A stretch of DNA of 61,825 bases, filler included, from Thermodesulfobacteriota bacterium (GTDB lineage Bacteria > DASVDK01), in assembly GCA_036381125.1 (NCBI GenBank). It is 8 parts of 8 records of this genome, joined end to end, with 100 filler letters (N's around TTAATTAATTAA, not from the genome) between each part and the next. Parts side by side here need not be neighbours in the genome. Positions count along the whole stretch, not along the records: positions 32,754 to 50,056 come from DASVDK010000253.1; 7 more parts are not named here. The stretch is one strand, 5' to 3'. The stretch's first letter is position 1. Each line of letters starts with the position of its first letter. A program made the translations under genes and the position numbers. Positions 39,721 through 49,647 of this stretch are shown here, one piece after another. Below the pieces are notes generated by a model that saw only the letters and a list, made by a program, of their open reading frames with translations, did no database searches and was not told the origin of the DNA.

Positions 39721-42700
39721 CCCGCCCCCGCGCCGACCGGCGGAGGCGTCTGCGTGGGCGGCGTCGCGGCGCCGAGGCGCGCGGCGAGCTCGGCCGCCTT
39801 CGCGCGGAACGCGGCGACGCTCCGCAGCTTGATCTGCTCGTAGCCCCGGACCATGTCCGGCAGCTCCGCCAGGGCGACGGCCGTGTCGTAGTCGCGCGCC
39901 GCGAGCGCCTTCGCCACGAGCCCGCGGTACTCCTCCGGCAGGGCGCGCTCGACGCGCCGCACCTCGGTGCGGCCGAAGGGGTCGAGCGGCGTGCCGCGCA
40001 GGCCCTTGAGGCCGCGGAGCATCGCCAGCGCCGGCCGGAACCAGGGCCCGAGCCTGAGCTTGCGCCGAAGCCCCATGGCGCGCAGGAGCGGCGGGTGGAG
40101 GTTGTACGAGACCCGCGCCCCCTCGGGGAAGTACCGCCGGATCTCGGCCGTCGGCTCGTCGCGCAGGAGCAGGCGCGCCACCTCGTACTCGTCCTTGTAC
40201 GCCATGAGCTTGAAGAGGTTCCGGGCGAACGCCTCGGCGAGGGCCGTGGAGCCGGGGCGCAGCGTCTGCTCCTCTCGCGCGACGCGCGCGACCGCGTCGA
40301 CGTATCGCTCCGCGTAGCGGGCGTTCTGGTATGCGACCAGCTCGGGGATCCGCGTCTCGAGGAGTCGCAGAAGCTCGCCCGTCGCCCCCGACGCCGCGAG
40401 GAGCCGATCGGCCGCCGCCCGCTCGCGGGTCGAGAGCCGGTCGGCCGGCGAGGCCGCGTGCCCGTTGCCCCGCGACGCGACCTCCGGCGCCGGCTGCCCG
40501 GAGGCGGCCCGCAGGGCGGCGTCGACCGCCGCGCGGTCGGCGACGTACCGGCGGCCCCAGCGGAACGCCTGCCGGTTCATCTCGACCGCGACGCCGTTCA
40601 GCTCGATGGCCCGCTCGATCGAGTCGGCCGAGAGCGGGATGTAGCCCGCCTGGTAGGCGGCGCCGAGCGTCACCAGGTTGGACGCCATGTGGTCCGCGAA
40701 GAGCCCCTCGGCGATCGCCTCGGCGTCGAGGTAGACGTTGCGCCCCTCGCGCGTGTGCCGCTCGATCGTGCGGGTGAGGACGAACGGGTCCGGGAAGTGG
40801 GTGGCCACGTTCGCCACCATCTCGCCGGTCGCCACCCGGCTCACGCTCACGACCGCCGACGTCCGATCGGGGTGGGCCCGCTCGAGGTTCTTCGGGCTCG
40901 CGGCGCCCAGGAGATCGAACCCGAGGTAGAGGTCGGCCTCGCCCGCCCCCACGCGGTTGGCGACGTCGGGCGACTCGCGGTCGAAGAGCTTGAGGCTCGA
41001 CACCACCGGCCCGCCCTTCTGCGAGAGGCCGGTCTGGTCGAGGCCGCGCACGCGCCGGCCGTCGAGCAGGGCGGCCGTGCCGAGCAGCGCGTTCACCGTG
41101 ACGACGCCCGTGCCGCCGATCCCCATCATGTAGATGGCGTACCCCTCGCGGAAGGGCGCCTTGTAGGCCGGCTCGGGCAGCGGCACCTCCACCTTCGGGA
41201 TCGGACGCTTCGGCTTCGCGGCCGGCAGGGGCGTCGGCGCGCCGACCGGCTCCACCGTGAGGAACGACGGGCAGTCGCCCTTGAGGCAGGAGTAGTCCTT
41301 GTTGCACGACGACTGGTGGATGCGCGTCTTGCGGCCGAACGCCGTGTCGACCGGCTGCACCGAGAGGCAGTTCGACTTGACGCCGCAGTCGCCGCACCCC
41401 TCGCAGACCGCCTCGTTGATGAAGACCCGCATCGCCGGCTCGGCCTGCTTGCCGCGCTTGCGCAGCCGGCGCTTCTCGGCCGCGCACTGCTGGTCGTAGA
41501 CGAGGACGGTCGTGCCCGGCGTGTCGCGCAGCCGGGCCTGCACCTCGAGCAGCTCGTCCCGATGGTGGACGGTCGTGAGCTTCGCCAGCGGCGCCGCCTT
41601 CCACTTCTCCGGGTCGTCGGAGACCAGGGCGATCGCCGTGACCCCCTCGGCCTCGAGCTGGCGCGTCAGCGCCGGGATCGGCACCTGACCGGCCGCCTGC
41701 TGGCCGCCGGTCATGGCCACGGCGTTGTTGTAGAGGACCTTGTAGGTGATGTTGGCGCCGGACGCCACGGCCTGCTTGATGGCGAGGTAGCCCGAGTGGA
41801 AGAGGGTCCCGTCGCCGATGTTCTGGAACATGTGGGTCATCGTGGTGAAGGGCGCCATCCCGACCCACTGCACCCCTTCGCCGCCCATGGGGGTCACGCC
41901 CACCGTGTGCCGGTCCGGGAGGAACATCGCCATGGTGTGGCAGCCGATGCCGCCGCCGGCCGCGGAGCCCTCGGGCACCTGCGTGGACGTGTTGTGCGGG
42001 CAGCCCGAGCAGAAGTACGGCGTCCGGGCGACCGTGAGCGGCAGCGCGCGCCGCTCGATCGCCTCGAGCGTGGCGATGCGGGCGCGCGCCGACTCCGGCA
42101 GCGCGAGGCCGGCGAGGCGGCGTGCGAGGAGCCGCGTCACGAACTCCGGCTCCAGCTCCCCGTACGCCGGGACGAGCGGCCGTCCCTCCTCGTCGGCCTT
42201 GCCGACGACGTTCGGCCGGTCGGCCGTGTGGTAGAGGATGTCGCGGATGAACAGCTCGAGGAAGGGCCGCTTCTCCTCGACCACGACGATCTCGCGCAGC
42301 CCGCGGGCGAACTCCTTCACGACTTCCCGCTCGAGCGGGTAGAGCATCCCGAACTTGAGGAGCCGGATGCCGGCCTCCCGCAGGGCCGCCTCGTCGAGGC
42401 CGAGGTCGCGCAGCGCCTGCTGCACGTCGTACCAGGTCTTGCCGGCGGCCACGATGCCGATCCGGTCGTGCTCGCCGCGCACGACGATGCGGTTCAGCCG
42501 GTTCACCGCCGCGTAGAGCCGGGCCGCCACGAGCCGCGTCTCGCGCGTCCGCTCGAGGTCGAGCGAGTGCGGCGTCATGAGCCGCGGGTCCACCTGCGCC
42601 GCGAACGGCTGTCCACCCGGCCGGAAGTCGGGCAGCACCGGCCGCACGCGATCGGGGGACACCTCGGCCGTGGCGGCCTCGTCGCAGACGTTCGTCACGC

Positions 42701-43310
42701 ACTTGACGCCCACCCAGAGCCCCGAGTAGCGCGACAGGGCGTAGCCGTGCAGGCCGAGGTCGAGGACCTCCTGGATGCTGCCGGGGTAGATGACCGGGAA
42801 CTGGGCGTCGTAGAAGGTGGGCTCGCTGGCGGACGGGATGGTGGAGGACTTGGAGTGCGGGTCGTCGCCCGCTAGCGCCAGCACCCCGCCGTGCGGGCCT
42901 ACGCCGGCGAGGTTCGCGTGCTTGAAGATGTCGCCCGAGCGGTCGACGCCCGGGCCCTTGCCGTACCACATCCCGTAGACGCCGTCGTACTTCGCGCCCG
43001 GGAAGAGGTGCGCCATCTGGCTGCCGAAGATGGCCGTCGCCGCCAGCTCCTCGTTGAGCCCGTTCGAGAAGACGATGTCGTGCTCGCGCAGGATGGCGCC
43101 GGCGCGCTCGATGGTGGTGTCGAGGCCGGCCAGCGGCGAGCCGCGGTAGCCCGAGACGAAGGCGGCGGTCCTGAGGCCGCGCCGCCGGTCGGCGCGGTGC
43201 TGGTCGATCAGCAGGCGCACGAACGCCTGCGTGCCGTTGAGGTAGATGGTCCCCTCCTCGAGCCGGTACTTGTCCTCCAGGGAGAAGGGGATGACGCGGG
43301 CTGTGCTCAC
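39717..43310 (-). CDS. Fused indolepyruvate:ferredoxin oxidoreductase family (2-oxoacid oxidoreductase)
   Basis: SGYRGSPL; NEELAATA; WYGKGPGVDRSGD; FCSGCPHN; TPP motif GDG...N; CEGCGDC..SNC; GIGGTG; GLSQKGG; YKDEYEVARL. Confidence 0.95.
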   Translation of the reverse strand: MSTARVIPFSLEDKYRLEEGTIYLNGTQAFVRLLIDQHRADRRRGLRTAAFVSGYRGSPLAGLDTTIERAGAILREHDIVFSNGLNEELAATAIFGSQMAHLFPGAKYDGVYGMWYGKGPGVDRSGDIFKHANLAGVGPHGGVLALAGDDPHSKSSTIPSASEPTFYDAQFPVIYPGSIQEVLDLGLHGYALSRYSGLWVGVKCVTNVCDEAATAEVSPDRVRPVLPDFRPGGQPFAAQVDPRLMTPHSLDLERTRETRLVAARLYAAVNRLNRIVVRGEHDRIGIVAAGKTWYDVQQALRDLGLDEAALREAGIRLLKFGMLYPLEREVVKEFARGLREIVVVEEKRPFLELFIRDILYHTADRPNVVGKADEEGRPLVPAYGELEPEFVTRLLARRLAGLALPESARARIATLEAIERRALPLTVARTPYFCSGCPHNTSTQVPEGSAAGGGIGCHTMAMFLPDRHTVGVTPMGGEGVQWVGMAPFTTMTHMFQNIGDGTLFHSGYLAIKQAVASGANITYKVLYNNAVAMTGGQQAAGQVPIPALTRQLEAEGVTAIALVSDDPEKWKAAPLAKLTTVHHRDELLEVQARLRDTPGTTVLVYDQQCAAEKRRLRKRGKQAEPAMRVFINEAVCEGCGDCGVKSNCLSVQPVDTAFGRKTRIHQSSCNKDYSCLKGDCPSFLTVEPVGAPTPLPAAKPKRPIPKVEVPLPEPAYKAPFREGYAIYMMGIGGTGVVTVNALLGTAALLDGRRVRGLDQTGLSQKGGPVVSSLKLFDRESPDVANRVGAGEADLYLGFDLLGAASPKNLERAHPDRTSAVVSVSRVATGEMVANVATHFPDPFVLTRTIERHTREGRNVYLDAEAIAEGLFADHMASNLVTLGAAYQAGYIPLSADSIERAIELNGVAVEMNRQAFRWGRRYVADRAAVDAALRAASGQPAPEVASRGNGHAASPADRLSTRERAAADRLLAASGATGELLRLLETRIPELVAYQNARYAERYVDAVARVAREEQTLRPGSTALAEAFARNLFKLMAYKDEYEVARLLLRDEPTAEIRRYFPEGARVSYNLHPPLLRAMGLRRKLRLGPWFRPALAMLRGLKGLRGTPLDPFGRTEVRRVERALPEEYRGLVAKALAARDYDTAVALAELPDMVRGYEQIKLRSVAAFRAKAAELAARLGAATPPTQTPPPVGAGAG

Positions 43311-43718
43311 CAGGGCCTCCTTGTGGTTGGCCGTGCGAGTCAGGGCGCCGGGCCCGGGTAGGGCCCGACAGCCCCAAAATAGCGCACTTAGGAGGCCCGG
43401 TCACGAACGATCGAGGACGCGGCTTGCCTGGCATCCGAGGGGATCGGGGCGAGCGGAAATCCCGTTCGGGCAGGTCGGGGGCGGCAATGGCCAGCTCGGC
43501 GAGAACGAGGCGCCTCGGAGGCTTCGGCGGAGCCGTACCCTGGAACACGCATTCGACCCCTCCGAATCGCTGATACCCATTGGAGCTCGAGCTCTGGACC
43601 CTCGCGGGTGTGCGAGTCCACGAGCTGGAGCGAGTCGCCCGCTGCGCCCCGAATGGCCTGAGCGAAGGCGGCCAGGCTGCGCAGATCCGACGCGGCCGAC
43701 GCCCCCCGGGTTACGGGA

Positions 43719-43783
43719 TTGACACAACGTTCGCGAGCGGATAGCATGTCATTCCATGAGACTTCAGTCTCATAGAATGAGAC
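43719..43783 (+). promoter_or_regulatory. Sigma70-type promoter plus tandem palindromic operators
   Basis: TTGACA (43719-43724)-17 nt-TAGCAT (43742-43747); GTCTCAT-AGA-ATGAGAC (43767-43783) and an imperfect copy TGTCAT-TCC-ATGAGA from 43747. Confidence 0.72.
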
Positions 43784-44565
43784 AACCGACCGGGCCCGTG
43801 AACAGCGGGCGCACGTTGACGCGCGGGCTGGAGATCCTCTTCGCGGTCATCGACGCAGGACGTCCCGTCAGCGTGACGGAGCTGTCGGCCGGGACGGGGC
43901 TGCACAAGGCGACCGTGTCACGCATGCTGGCGACGCTGGCGGAGCTGGACTACGTGTCCGTGGACCCTCGCACGGGTCTCTACCTGCCCGGCAGTCGCGT
44001 CGTGTCCAGGCTGCGTACCTCGCAGCTCGAGAGCCTGCTGCAGGCCTACGCCATGCCGATCATGACGGAGCTGCGCGACGAATCCTCGGAGACCGTCGGG
44101 CTCTACGTGCCAGTCTGGCCCGACCGCGTCTGCATCGCGGAGGTCGCGAGCCGTTTGGGCCTGCGACGGACGCACGCGCCCGGCGAGACCTGGCCGCTCA
44201 CCGTCGGGGCCACGGGGCTCGTCTACCTGGCGCATATGCCCGACGACGAACTGGATCGACTGGTGAAGGTGAGGCCGCTGCGCGGCATCACGGCGGCTCA
44301 GCTCAGGGAACGCGTCGCCGAGGTCCGCCGCAGCGGTGTGGCGATCTCGAGGACTGCGACGCACATCCCCGGCATGCTCGGTATGGCGGCGGCGATCCTG
44401 TCGTCCGACGGGCGGCCGGTGGCCATGCTGACCGTCTCGGGTCCGATGGAGCGCTGGAACCCGGAGGTCATGGCGCGCTTCGCGCCTCGGCTGCGCGACG
44501 CCGTGTCGCGCCTCTCGCGCCTTCTCGGGTACGAGGATGGGCGGGTGCGCGGTCGCAAGCGGTGA
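43756..44565 (+). CDS. IclR family transcriptional regulator
   Basis: SVTELSAGTGLHKATVSRMLATL; ETVGLY; GATGLVYLA; LTVSGP..R. Confidence 0.92.
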   Translation: MRLQSHRMRQPTGPVNSGRTLTRGLEILFAVIDAGRPVSVTELSAGTGLHKATVSRMLATLAELDYVSVDPRTGLYLPGSRVVSRLRTSQLESLLQAYAMPIMTELRDESSETVGLYVPVWPDRVCIAEVASRLGLRRTHAPGETWPLTVGATGLVYLAHMPDDELDRLVKVRPLRGITAAQLRERVAEVRRSGVAISRTATHIPGMLGMAAAILSSDGRPVAMLTVSGPMERWNPEVMARFAPRLRDAVSRLSRLLGYEDGRVRGRKR

Positions 44566-44598
44566 GTCGTCGTCGGCACCTGGAACAAGGGGGACGGA

Positions 44599-45810
44599 AT
44601 GGCAGCAATCGAGCAGCGAACGCCGGCCATCGGTGACCGGCCGCAGGAGGGCGTGATCACCGACGAGGGCATCGCCCGGGCGCGGGAGATGATCGGAACG
44701 ATCCTTCGGCCAGAAGGTCCATACCTGCAGGACGCGACCCCCGACACGCTTCGCAACTGGTGCAATGGGATCGGCGACATGAACCCGCTGTACCGCGAGG
44801 CCGAGTACGGCCGCGCGACTCGGTACGGTAGTCAGATCGCACATCCGATGTTCCCGATGGCCTACGGCTGGATAGGCCGGACGAGGTGGGGCCTCCCGGG
44901 TGTGCACGGCTTCGGCGCCGGGAACGACTGGGAGATGTTCCGCAACATCCGGCCCGGAGACCGCATCAGCTGCATCGAGCGGATCGTCGGCGTCGAGGAG
45001 AAGCCGAGCAAGTTCTCGGGCCGCATGGTCATGCAGTACGTCGAGGCGAGCTTCATCAACCAGCACGATCAGCTTCTCGCCCGCGTGCTGGGCTGGTGCG
45101 CGCGACACGAGCGAAAGGCCGCCCGTGAAGCTGGCAAGTACAAGGACGTCAAGGCTTACGAGTACACGGCGGAAGAGATCGAGCGGATCGATGCGGCCGT
45201 GCTCAACGAGCCGAAGACCATCCGCGGCCGGGAGACCCGGTACTGGGAGGACGTGCACGAAGGCGAGGAGCTGACGCCGATCGCCCGCGGCCCCCTGTCC
45301 CTCATGGACACGATGGGCTTCCTCGTGGCCTCTGGCCGCGGGCACACGCACGGCGTACTCCTGCAGTCGGCCGCACGGCATCCGGGCCACTACTTCCGGA
45401 ATCCCGAGGCGGGAGGTGGCGTCGAGTATACGGGCATCGGCCATCACCGGGAGTCCACGGCGAAGGCCGTCGGTGCGCCTGGCACGTACGACTACGGGCC
45501 GCAGAGGCACGCCTGGATGTGCACGCTGGTGACGAACTGGATGGGCGACGCGGCGTTCCTCAAGCGGCTGCGCTCGGAATGGCGCCGGTTCAATATCTTC
45601 GGCGATACGACCTGGTGCAAGGGACGCGTCTCGCGGAAGTACGTGAAGGACGGCTACGCACTGGTCGACCTCGACATCTGGGGCGAGAACCAGCGGGGCG
45701 AGGTCACGACGCCTGGGCTCGCGACGGTCATGCTGCCGGCGAGGGACATCAGGCTGAAGCCCGTACTGGACGGATCGGGCCTCGACCTCGAATTGCCGGT
45801 CGTGCGGTGA
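44599..45810 (+). CDS. MaoC/FAS1-like tandem hotdog-fold acyl-CoA (de)hydratase
   Basis: GIGDMNPLY..EY...TRYG..IAHP; WE....IRPGD; second half WEDV.EGEEL..., NWMGD.., GDT...G.V..K. Confidence 0.8.
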   Translation: MAAIEQRTPAIGDRPQEGVITDEGIARAREMIGTILRPEGPYLQDATPDTLRNWCNGIGDMNPLYREAEYGRATRYGSQIAHPMFPMAYGWIGRTRWGLPGVHGFGAGNDWEMFRNIRPGDRISCIERIVGVEEKPSKFSGRMVMQYVEASFINQHDQLLARVLGWCARHERKAAREAGKYKDVKAYEYTAEEIERIDAAVLNEPKTIRGRETRYWEDVHEGEELTPIARGPLSLMDTMGFLVASGRGHTHGVLLQSAARHPGHYFRNPEAGGGVEYTGIGHHRESTAKAVGAPGTYDYGPQRHAWMCTLVTNWMGDAAFLKRLRSEWRRFNIFGDTTWCKGRVSRKYVKDGYALVDLDIWGENQRGEVTTPGLATVMLPARDIRLKPVLDGSGLDLELPVVR

Positions 45811-45827
45811 GCCACGCGGGGGGCGCG

Positions 45828-46748
45828 ATGCACTTGCCGAAGCGCGTGTGGGTCACGGATGTCGGCCCTCGGGACGGATTCCAGATCGAGAAGGCGTTCA
45901 TCCCCACCGACGTGAAGGTCCGGGTCGTCGACCGGCTCGCCGAGGCGGGACTGCCCGCCATCGAGGTGACCTCCTTTGTCAACCCCAAGCGCGTCCCGCA
46001 GATGCGTGACGCGGAGGAGGTCATGGCGAGGATCGAGCGGCGACCCGGCACGAGCTACCAGGTGCTCGTGCCGAACCAGCGCGGCGTGGAGCGGGCCATC
46101 GCCGCCCGAGCAGACCAGATCAACGTCGTGGTGTCCGCGAGCGAGAGCCACAACCGCGCGAACCTCGGCATGTCGATCGAACAGTCGTTACAGGGGCTCG
46201 ACGCGGCCATTCGCATGGCCACCACGGCCGGCGTTCGGGCGCATGGCGGCATCTCGGTGGCGTTTGGCTGCCCGTTCGAGGGGCTGGTCCCGGTCGACCG
46301 CGTCATCTCCATCGCCGGGAGGCTCCTGTCATCTGGGGCGGGGGGCATCACGCTCGCCGATACTACGGGCATGGCGAACCCGCGAGAGGTCGCCGAGGTC
46401 GTGGCGGCCGTCCGCTCGGCGCTGCCTGGAGCCGAGATCCACTGCCACTTTCACAACACTCGGGGCATGGGCCTGGCGAACGTCCTCGCGGCGTTGGGGG
46501 AAGGCGTCGTGCACTTCGACGCCTCGCTGGCCGGGATGGGCGGATGCCCGTTTGCTCCCGGGGCGACGGGGAACATCGTCACCGAGGATCTCGTCCACAT
46601 GCTCGAGGGGATGGGGATCGAGACTGGGATCGACCTCGAGCGGCTCCTGTGCGTTGCGAGGGAGCTCGAGGCGACCATCGGCCGCCCGCTACCCGGACAG
46701 GTGATGAAGGCCGGGCCAAGCAGCGTCCGTCATCCCGTTCCGGCGTGA
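45828..46748 (+). CDS. HMG-CoA lyase family (DRE-TIM) lyase
   Basis: DVGPRDGFQ; EVTSFV.PK.VPQM.DA; AFGCPFEG; LADTTG; HFHNTRG; GMGGCPFAPGATGN. Confidence 0.93.
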   Translation: MHLPKRVWVTDVGPRDGFQIEKAFIPTDVKVRVVDRLAEAGLPAIEVTSFVNPKRVPQMRDAEEVMARIERRPGTSYQVLVPNQRGVERAIAARADQINVVVSASESHNRANLGMSIEQSLQGLDAAIRMATTAGVRAHGGISVAFGCPFEGLVPVDRVISIAGRLLSSGAGGITLADTTGMANPREVAEVVAAVRSALPGAEIHCHFHNTRGMGLANVLAALGEGVVHFDASLAGMGGCPFAPGATGNIVTEDLVHMLEGMGIETGIDLERLLCVARELEATIGRPLPGQVMKAGPSSVRHPVPA

Positions 46749-46777
46749 CCGGGCCGTACGAGCGCCGAGGTGCCGCT

Positions 46778-47563
46778 ATGACCGTGCTGCTCCGAGAGGC
46801 CGTGGACGACGGGCGGATCGTCGTGCTCACGCTTAATCGCCCGAGAGTCCGCAACGCCTTCGACACGCAGCTCGGGATCGAGCTCGGCGAAGCGATCGCG
46901 GCCATCCAGAACGAGGAGCGGGTCCGCGCCGTCGTCCTGACCGGCGCCGGGTCTCAGGCTTTCTGCGCCGGCGGCGACCTCAAGGAGCGGCACGGCATGA
47001 CCGAGAAGGCGTGGACGCTCCAGCACCGCATATTCGAGGAGACACACCGCCGGATCCGCAACTCGCGCCGTCCCGTCATCGCCGCCGTGAACGGCTACGC
47101 GATTGGCGGAGGGTGCGAGCTCGCGCTGTCGACCGACTTCGTGATCGCTTCGGAAAACGCGATGTTTGGGCTGCCCGAAGTGAAGCGGGGGATCATTCCC
47201 GGGGTTGGCGGTACCCAGCTCCTCCCGAGGTTCGTTCCACGCGGTATCGCGATGGAGCTCCTCCTGACGGGAGACCTCATCCCGGCCGACGAGGCGATGC
47301 GGATCGGCCTCGTCAACCGTGTCGTGCCCCTGGACCGGCTCCTCGACACCACGCTCGGCATCGCGCGCAAGATCGCGGCCAACTCGCCCCAAGCGGTGTA
47401 CGCGGCGCGGCGAGCGGTGCGGCTCGGCCTCGACCTCCCCCTGGACCACGCCATCGACATCGCGCTCGCGGCGTACGAGACCACTATCGGGCACGGCGAC
47501 CGGACCGAAGGGGTCCGGGCCTTCATCGAGAAGCGGGCGCCGAACTTCGCCGACATGTATTGA
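46778..47563 (+). CDS. Enoyl-CoA hydratase/isomerase (crotonase)
   Basis: LNRP..RNA; AFCAGGDLKE; NGYAIGGGCELAL; GLPEVKRGIIPG.GGTQ. Confidence 0.94.
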   Translation: MTVLLREAVDDGRIVVLTLNRPRVRNAFDTQLGIELGEAIAAIQNEERVRAVVLTGAGSQAFCAGGDLKERHGMTEKAWTLQHRIFEETHRRIRNSRRPVIAAVNGYAIGGGCELALSTDFVIASENAMFGLPEVKRGIIPGVGGTQLLPRFVPRGIAMELLLTGDLIPADEAMRIGLVNRVVPLDRLLDTTLGIARKIAANSPQAVYAARRAVRLGLDLPLDHAIDIALAAYETTIGHGDRTEGVRAFIEKRAPNFADMY

Positions 47564-47590
47564 GCGGCGCTCGCGGACCATCGCAAGGAG

Positions 47591-48748
47591 GTGGTCGTGC
47601 AGCTACGAGAGGCGGTCGCCAAGAGGTACCTGAAGGCCGGCGGCGTGTCGGTCCCCGAGGGGCATCTGTGCCGATCCGGGACCGAGGCTCGGGAGGCCGC
47701 CAGGACGATCGGGCTGCCGGTCGCGGTCAAGGCCCAGCTCAAGCAATGGGGACGAGGCAAGGCTGGGTTGGTGCGCCGCTGCGAGACCCTGGCGTCCGTC
47801 GAGGAAGCATTCGCGTCGGTACAGCGGTCCGCCACTCGGGACGAGGGCCGGGCGACGGAGCCGGTCGCGTGTCTCGTCGAGCGATGGATCCCCGGCATGC
47901 GGGAAGTCTACCTGGCGGAGATGGTCGATCCGGAGATTGGCGGCAGTACGCTCCTCTTCTCCCGCTCGGGAGGCGTCGACATCGAGGCGGCATCGGCCCT
48001 CGCGCGGCTGCTGGTGCCGGTGAGCACTGGCGTGACGCCCTTCCACGTGCGGCGTGTCCTCGCGGACTACGGCCTGCCCGGCACGGTCGCGCCCGATCTC
48101 GGCCGGCTCCTGGCGAGCGTGAACGACCTCTTCACGCAATGGGACATGCGCCTGCTCGAGATCAACCCGCTCGGTTGGTCGGTGGACGCGGGGTTTGTCG
48201 CGCTCGATGCGAAGATCGTCGTCGACGACAACGCGCTCGCGCGACATCCCGAACTCGGCGATCGATATCGCGAGGAGGCGATCGACGATCCGAGCGACGA
48301 GCTGCGGATCGAGCACGGCATCGAGTACGTCGCGCTCGACGGCGAGGTCGGCCTCATCAGCGGCGGGGCCGGCATGACGATGGCCGTCATGGACCTCATC
48401 GGCAAGCAGGGCGGCCGGCCGCGCTGCTTCCTCGACTGCAGCCAGAACGCGACGAGTGCCGGCTACGGACACGCCCTCGACACGCTCTTCGGCGACCCGC
48501 GTACGCGGTCGGTACTGGTGAACATCGTCGGGGGCGGGACGCAGGTCGACCAGGTGGCAAGCATCTTCGTCGATCTCCTGGCCGCGAGGCGCCGGGCGGG
48601 CGAACTGCCGAAGCCTTTCTTCATCCGGCTCGAAGGCACGAACAGCGACCTCGCGAAGGAGATCCTCCGTGCGAACGGCCTGCCGTGGTTCGACTCGCTC
48701 GAGGAGGCGGTGGCGAGCGCCGTTCGGGCGGCGGCGGTGAGCGTATGA
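47591..48748 (+). CDS. Succinate-CoA ligase beta-like subunit (divergent ADP-forming acyl-CoA synthetase)
   Basis: VKAQ...GRGKAG; GGVDIE; EINPL; ALDAK..DDNA; GAGMTMAVMD; RLEGTN. Confidence 0.87.
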   Translation: MVVQLREAVAKRYLKAGGVSVPEGHLCRSGTEAREAARTIGLPVAVKAQLKQWGRGKAGLVRRCETLASVEEAFASVQRSATRDEGRATEPVACLVERWIPGMREVYLAEMVDPEIGGSTLLFSRSGGVDIEAASALARLLVPVSTGVTPFHVRRVLADYGLPGTVAPDLGRLLASVNDLFTQWDMRLLEINPLGWSVDAGFVALDAKIVVDDNALARHPELGDRYREEAIDDPSDELRIEHGIEYVALDGEVGLISGGAGMTMAVMDLIGKQGGRPRCFLDCSQNATSAGYGHALDTLFGDPRTRSVLVNIVGGGTQVDQVASIFVDLLAARRRAGELPKPFFIRLEGTNSDLAKEILRANGLPWFDSLEEAVASAVRAAAVSV

Positions 48749-49647
48749 GCATCCTCGTCGATCGAAGCACGCGGGTCGTCATCCAGGGCATCACCGGACG
48801 GCGCGGACGGAGCATGGCGAAGGACATGCGGTCCTACGGGACGCAGGTCGTCGCCGGCGTCTCCCCGGGGCACGGCGGGGAGATCGTGGAAGGGGTGCCC
48901 GTCTTCGATTTCGTCGACGACGCGGTTCGATCCACCGGCGCCAACACCGCGCTCGTACTCGTGCCCGGGCTGCCGGGGGGCCTCGCTGCGATCACCGAGA
49001 CGGCCCTGTCGGGCGTGGAGCTCGCCGTTTGGCTTGCCGACCCCGTCCCGATTCACGACATGATCCGGCTCATGGCGCTGCTGCCGCGGACGGGCATGCG
49101 GCTCGTCGGACCCAACAGCCCCGGCCTCATGTCGCCCGGTCGCGCCAAGGTCGGCTTCATGCCGACGCAGTGCTACGCGCCGGGCCCGGTCGGCGTGGTC
49201 TCGAAGAGCGGGTCCCTGTCGTACGAGGTGAGCCTGCGGCTCACGAGGCGGGGCCTCGGGCAGTCGACGGTCGTCGGGATCGGCGGGGACCCCGTGAAGG
49301 GTACAGGCCTCGCCGACGTCGTACGGATGTTCGAGGCCGATCCAGACACGCGCCTCATCCTTGTCCTCGGCGAGGTCGGCGGCACCGAGGAGTACGAGCT
49401 CGCACGGCTGGTCGCTTCCGGGGAGATCCGCAAGCCGGTCGTGGCGCTGATCGTGGGCGCCACGGCCCCTACCGGCAAGAAGCTGGGCCATGCCGGCGCG
49501 ATGATGTTCCGAGGCCGCGAGGGCTTCCTCCCCAAGGTGCGCGCGCTGGAGGTGGCCGGTGTCCGGGTGGCCGACTCGCTCACGACCGTCGCCGACGTCG
49601 TCGCGGAGCATCTCGGACCGGCCCCCGCCGGCGAGGCGCGCCGATGA
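48745..49647 (+). CDS. Succinate-CoA ligase alpha-like subunit
   Basis: QGITG; GPNSPG; SKSGSLSYE; GIGGDP; GEVGG; phospho-His motif GHAGA. Confidence 0.9.
   Translation: MSILVDRSTRVVIQGITGRRGRSMAKDMRSYGTQVVAGVSPGHGGEIVEGVPVFDFVDDAVRSTGANTALVLVPGLPGGLAAITETALSGVELAVWLADPVPIHDMIRLMALLPRTGMRLVGPNSPGLMSPGRAKVGFMPTQCYAPGPVGVVSKSGSLSYEVSLRLTRRGLGQSTVVGIGGDPVKGTGLADVVRMFEADPDTRLILVLGEVGGTEEYELARLVASGEIRKPVVALIVGATAPTGKKLGHAGAMMFRGREGFLPKVRALEVAGVRVADSLTTVADVVAEHLGPAPAGEARR

Noticed and set aside
38944..43548. Very long alternative-frame or antisense ORFs (1534 aa here; also 39711-42875, 32801-36130, 18638-21892, 30340-32709)
   Set aside because: Arg/Gly/Pro-rich shadow frames expected at high GC; where real, only the C-terminal part (e.g. 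livG 38944-39720) carries family motifs
43311..43718. ncRNA or riboswitch in the long IOR-IclR intergenic region
   Set aside because: No recognisable conserved motif by eye; an Rfam/Infernal search is needed to exclude it fully
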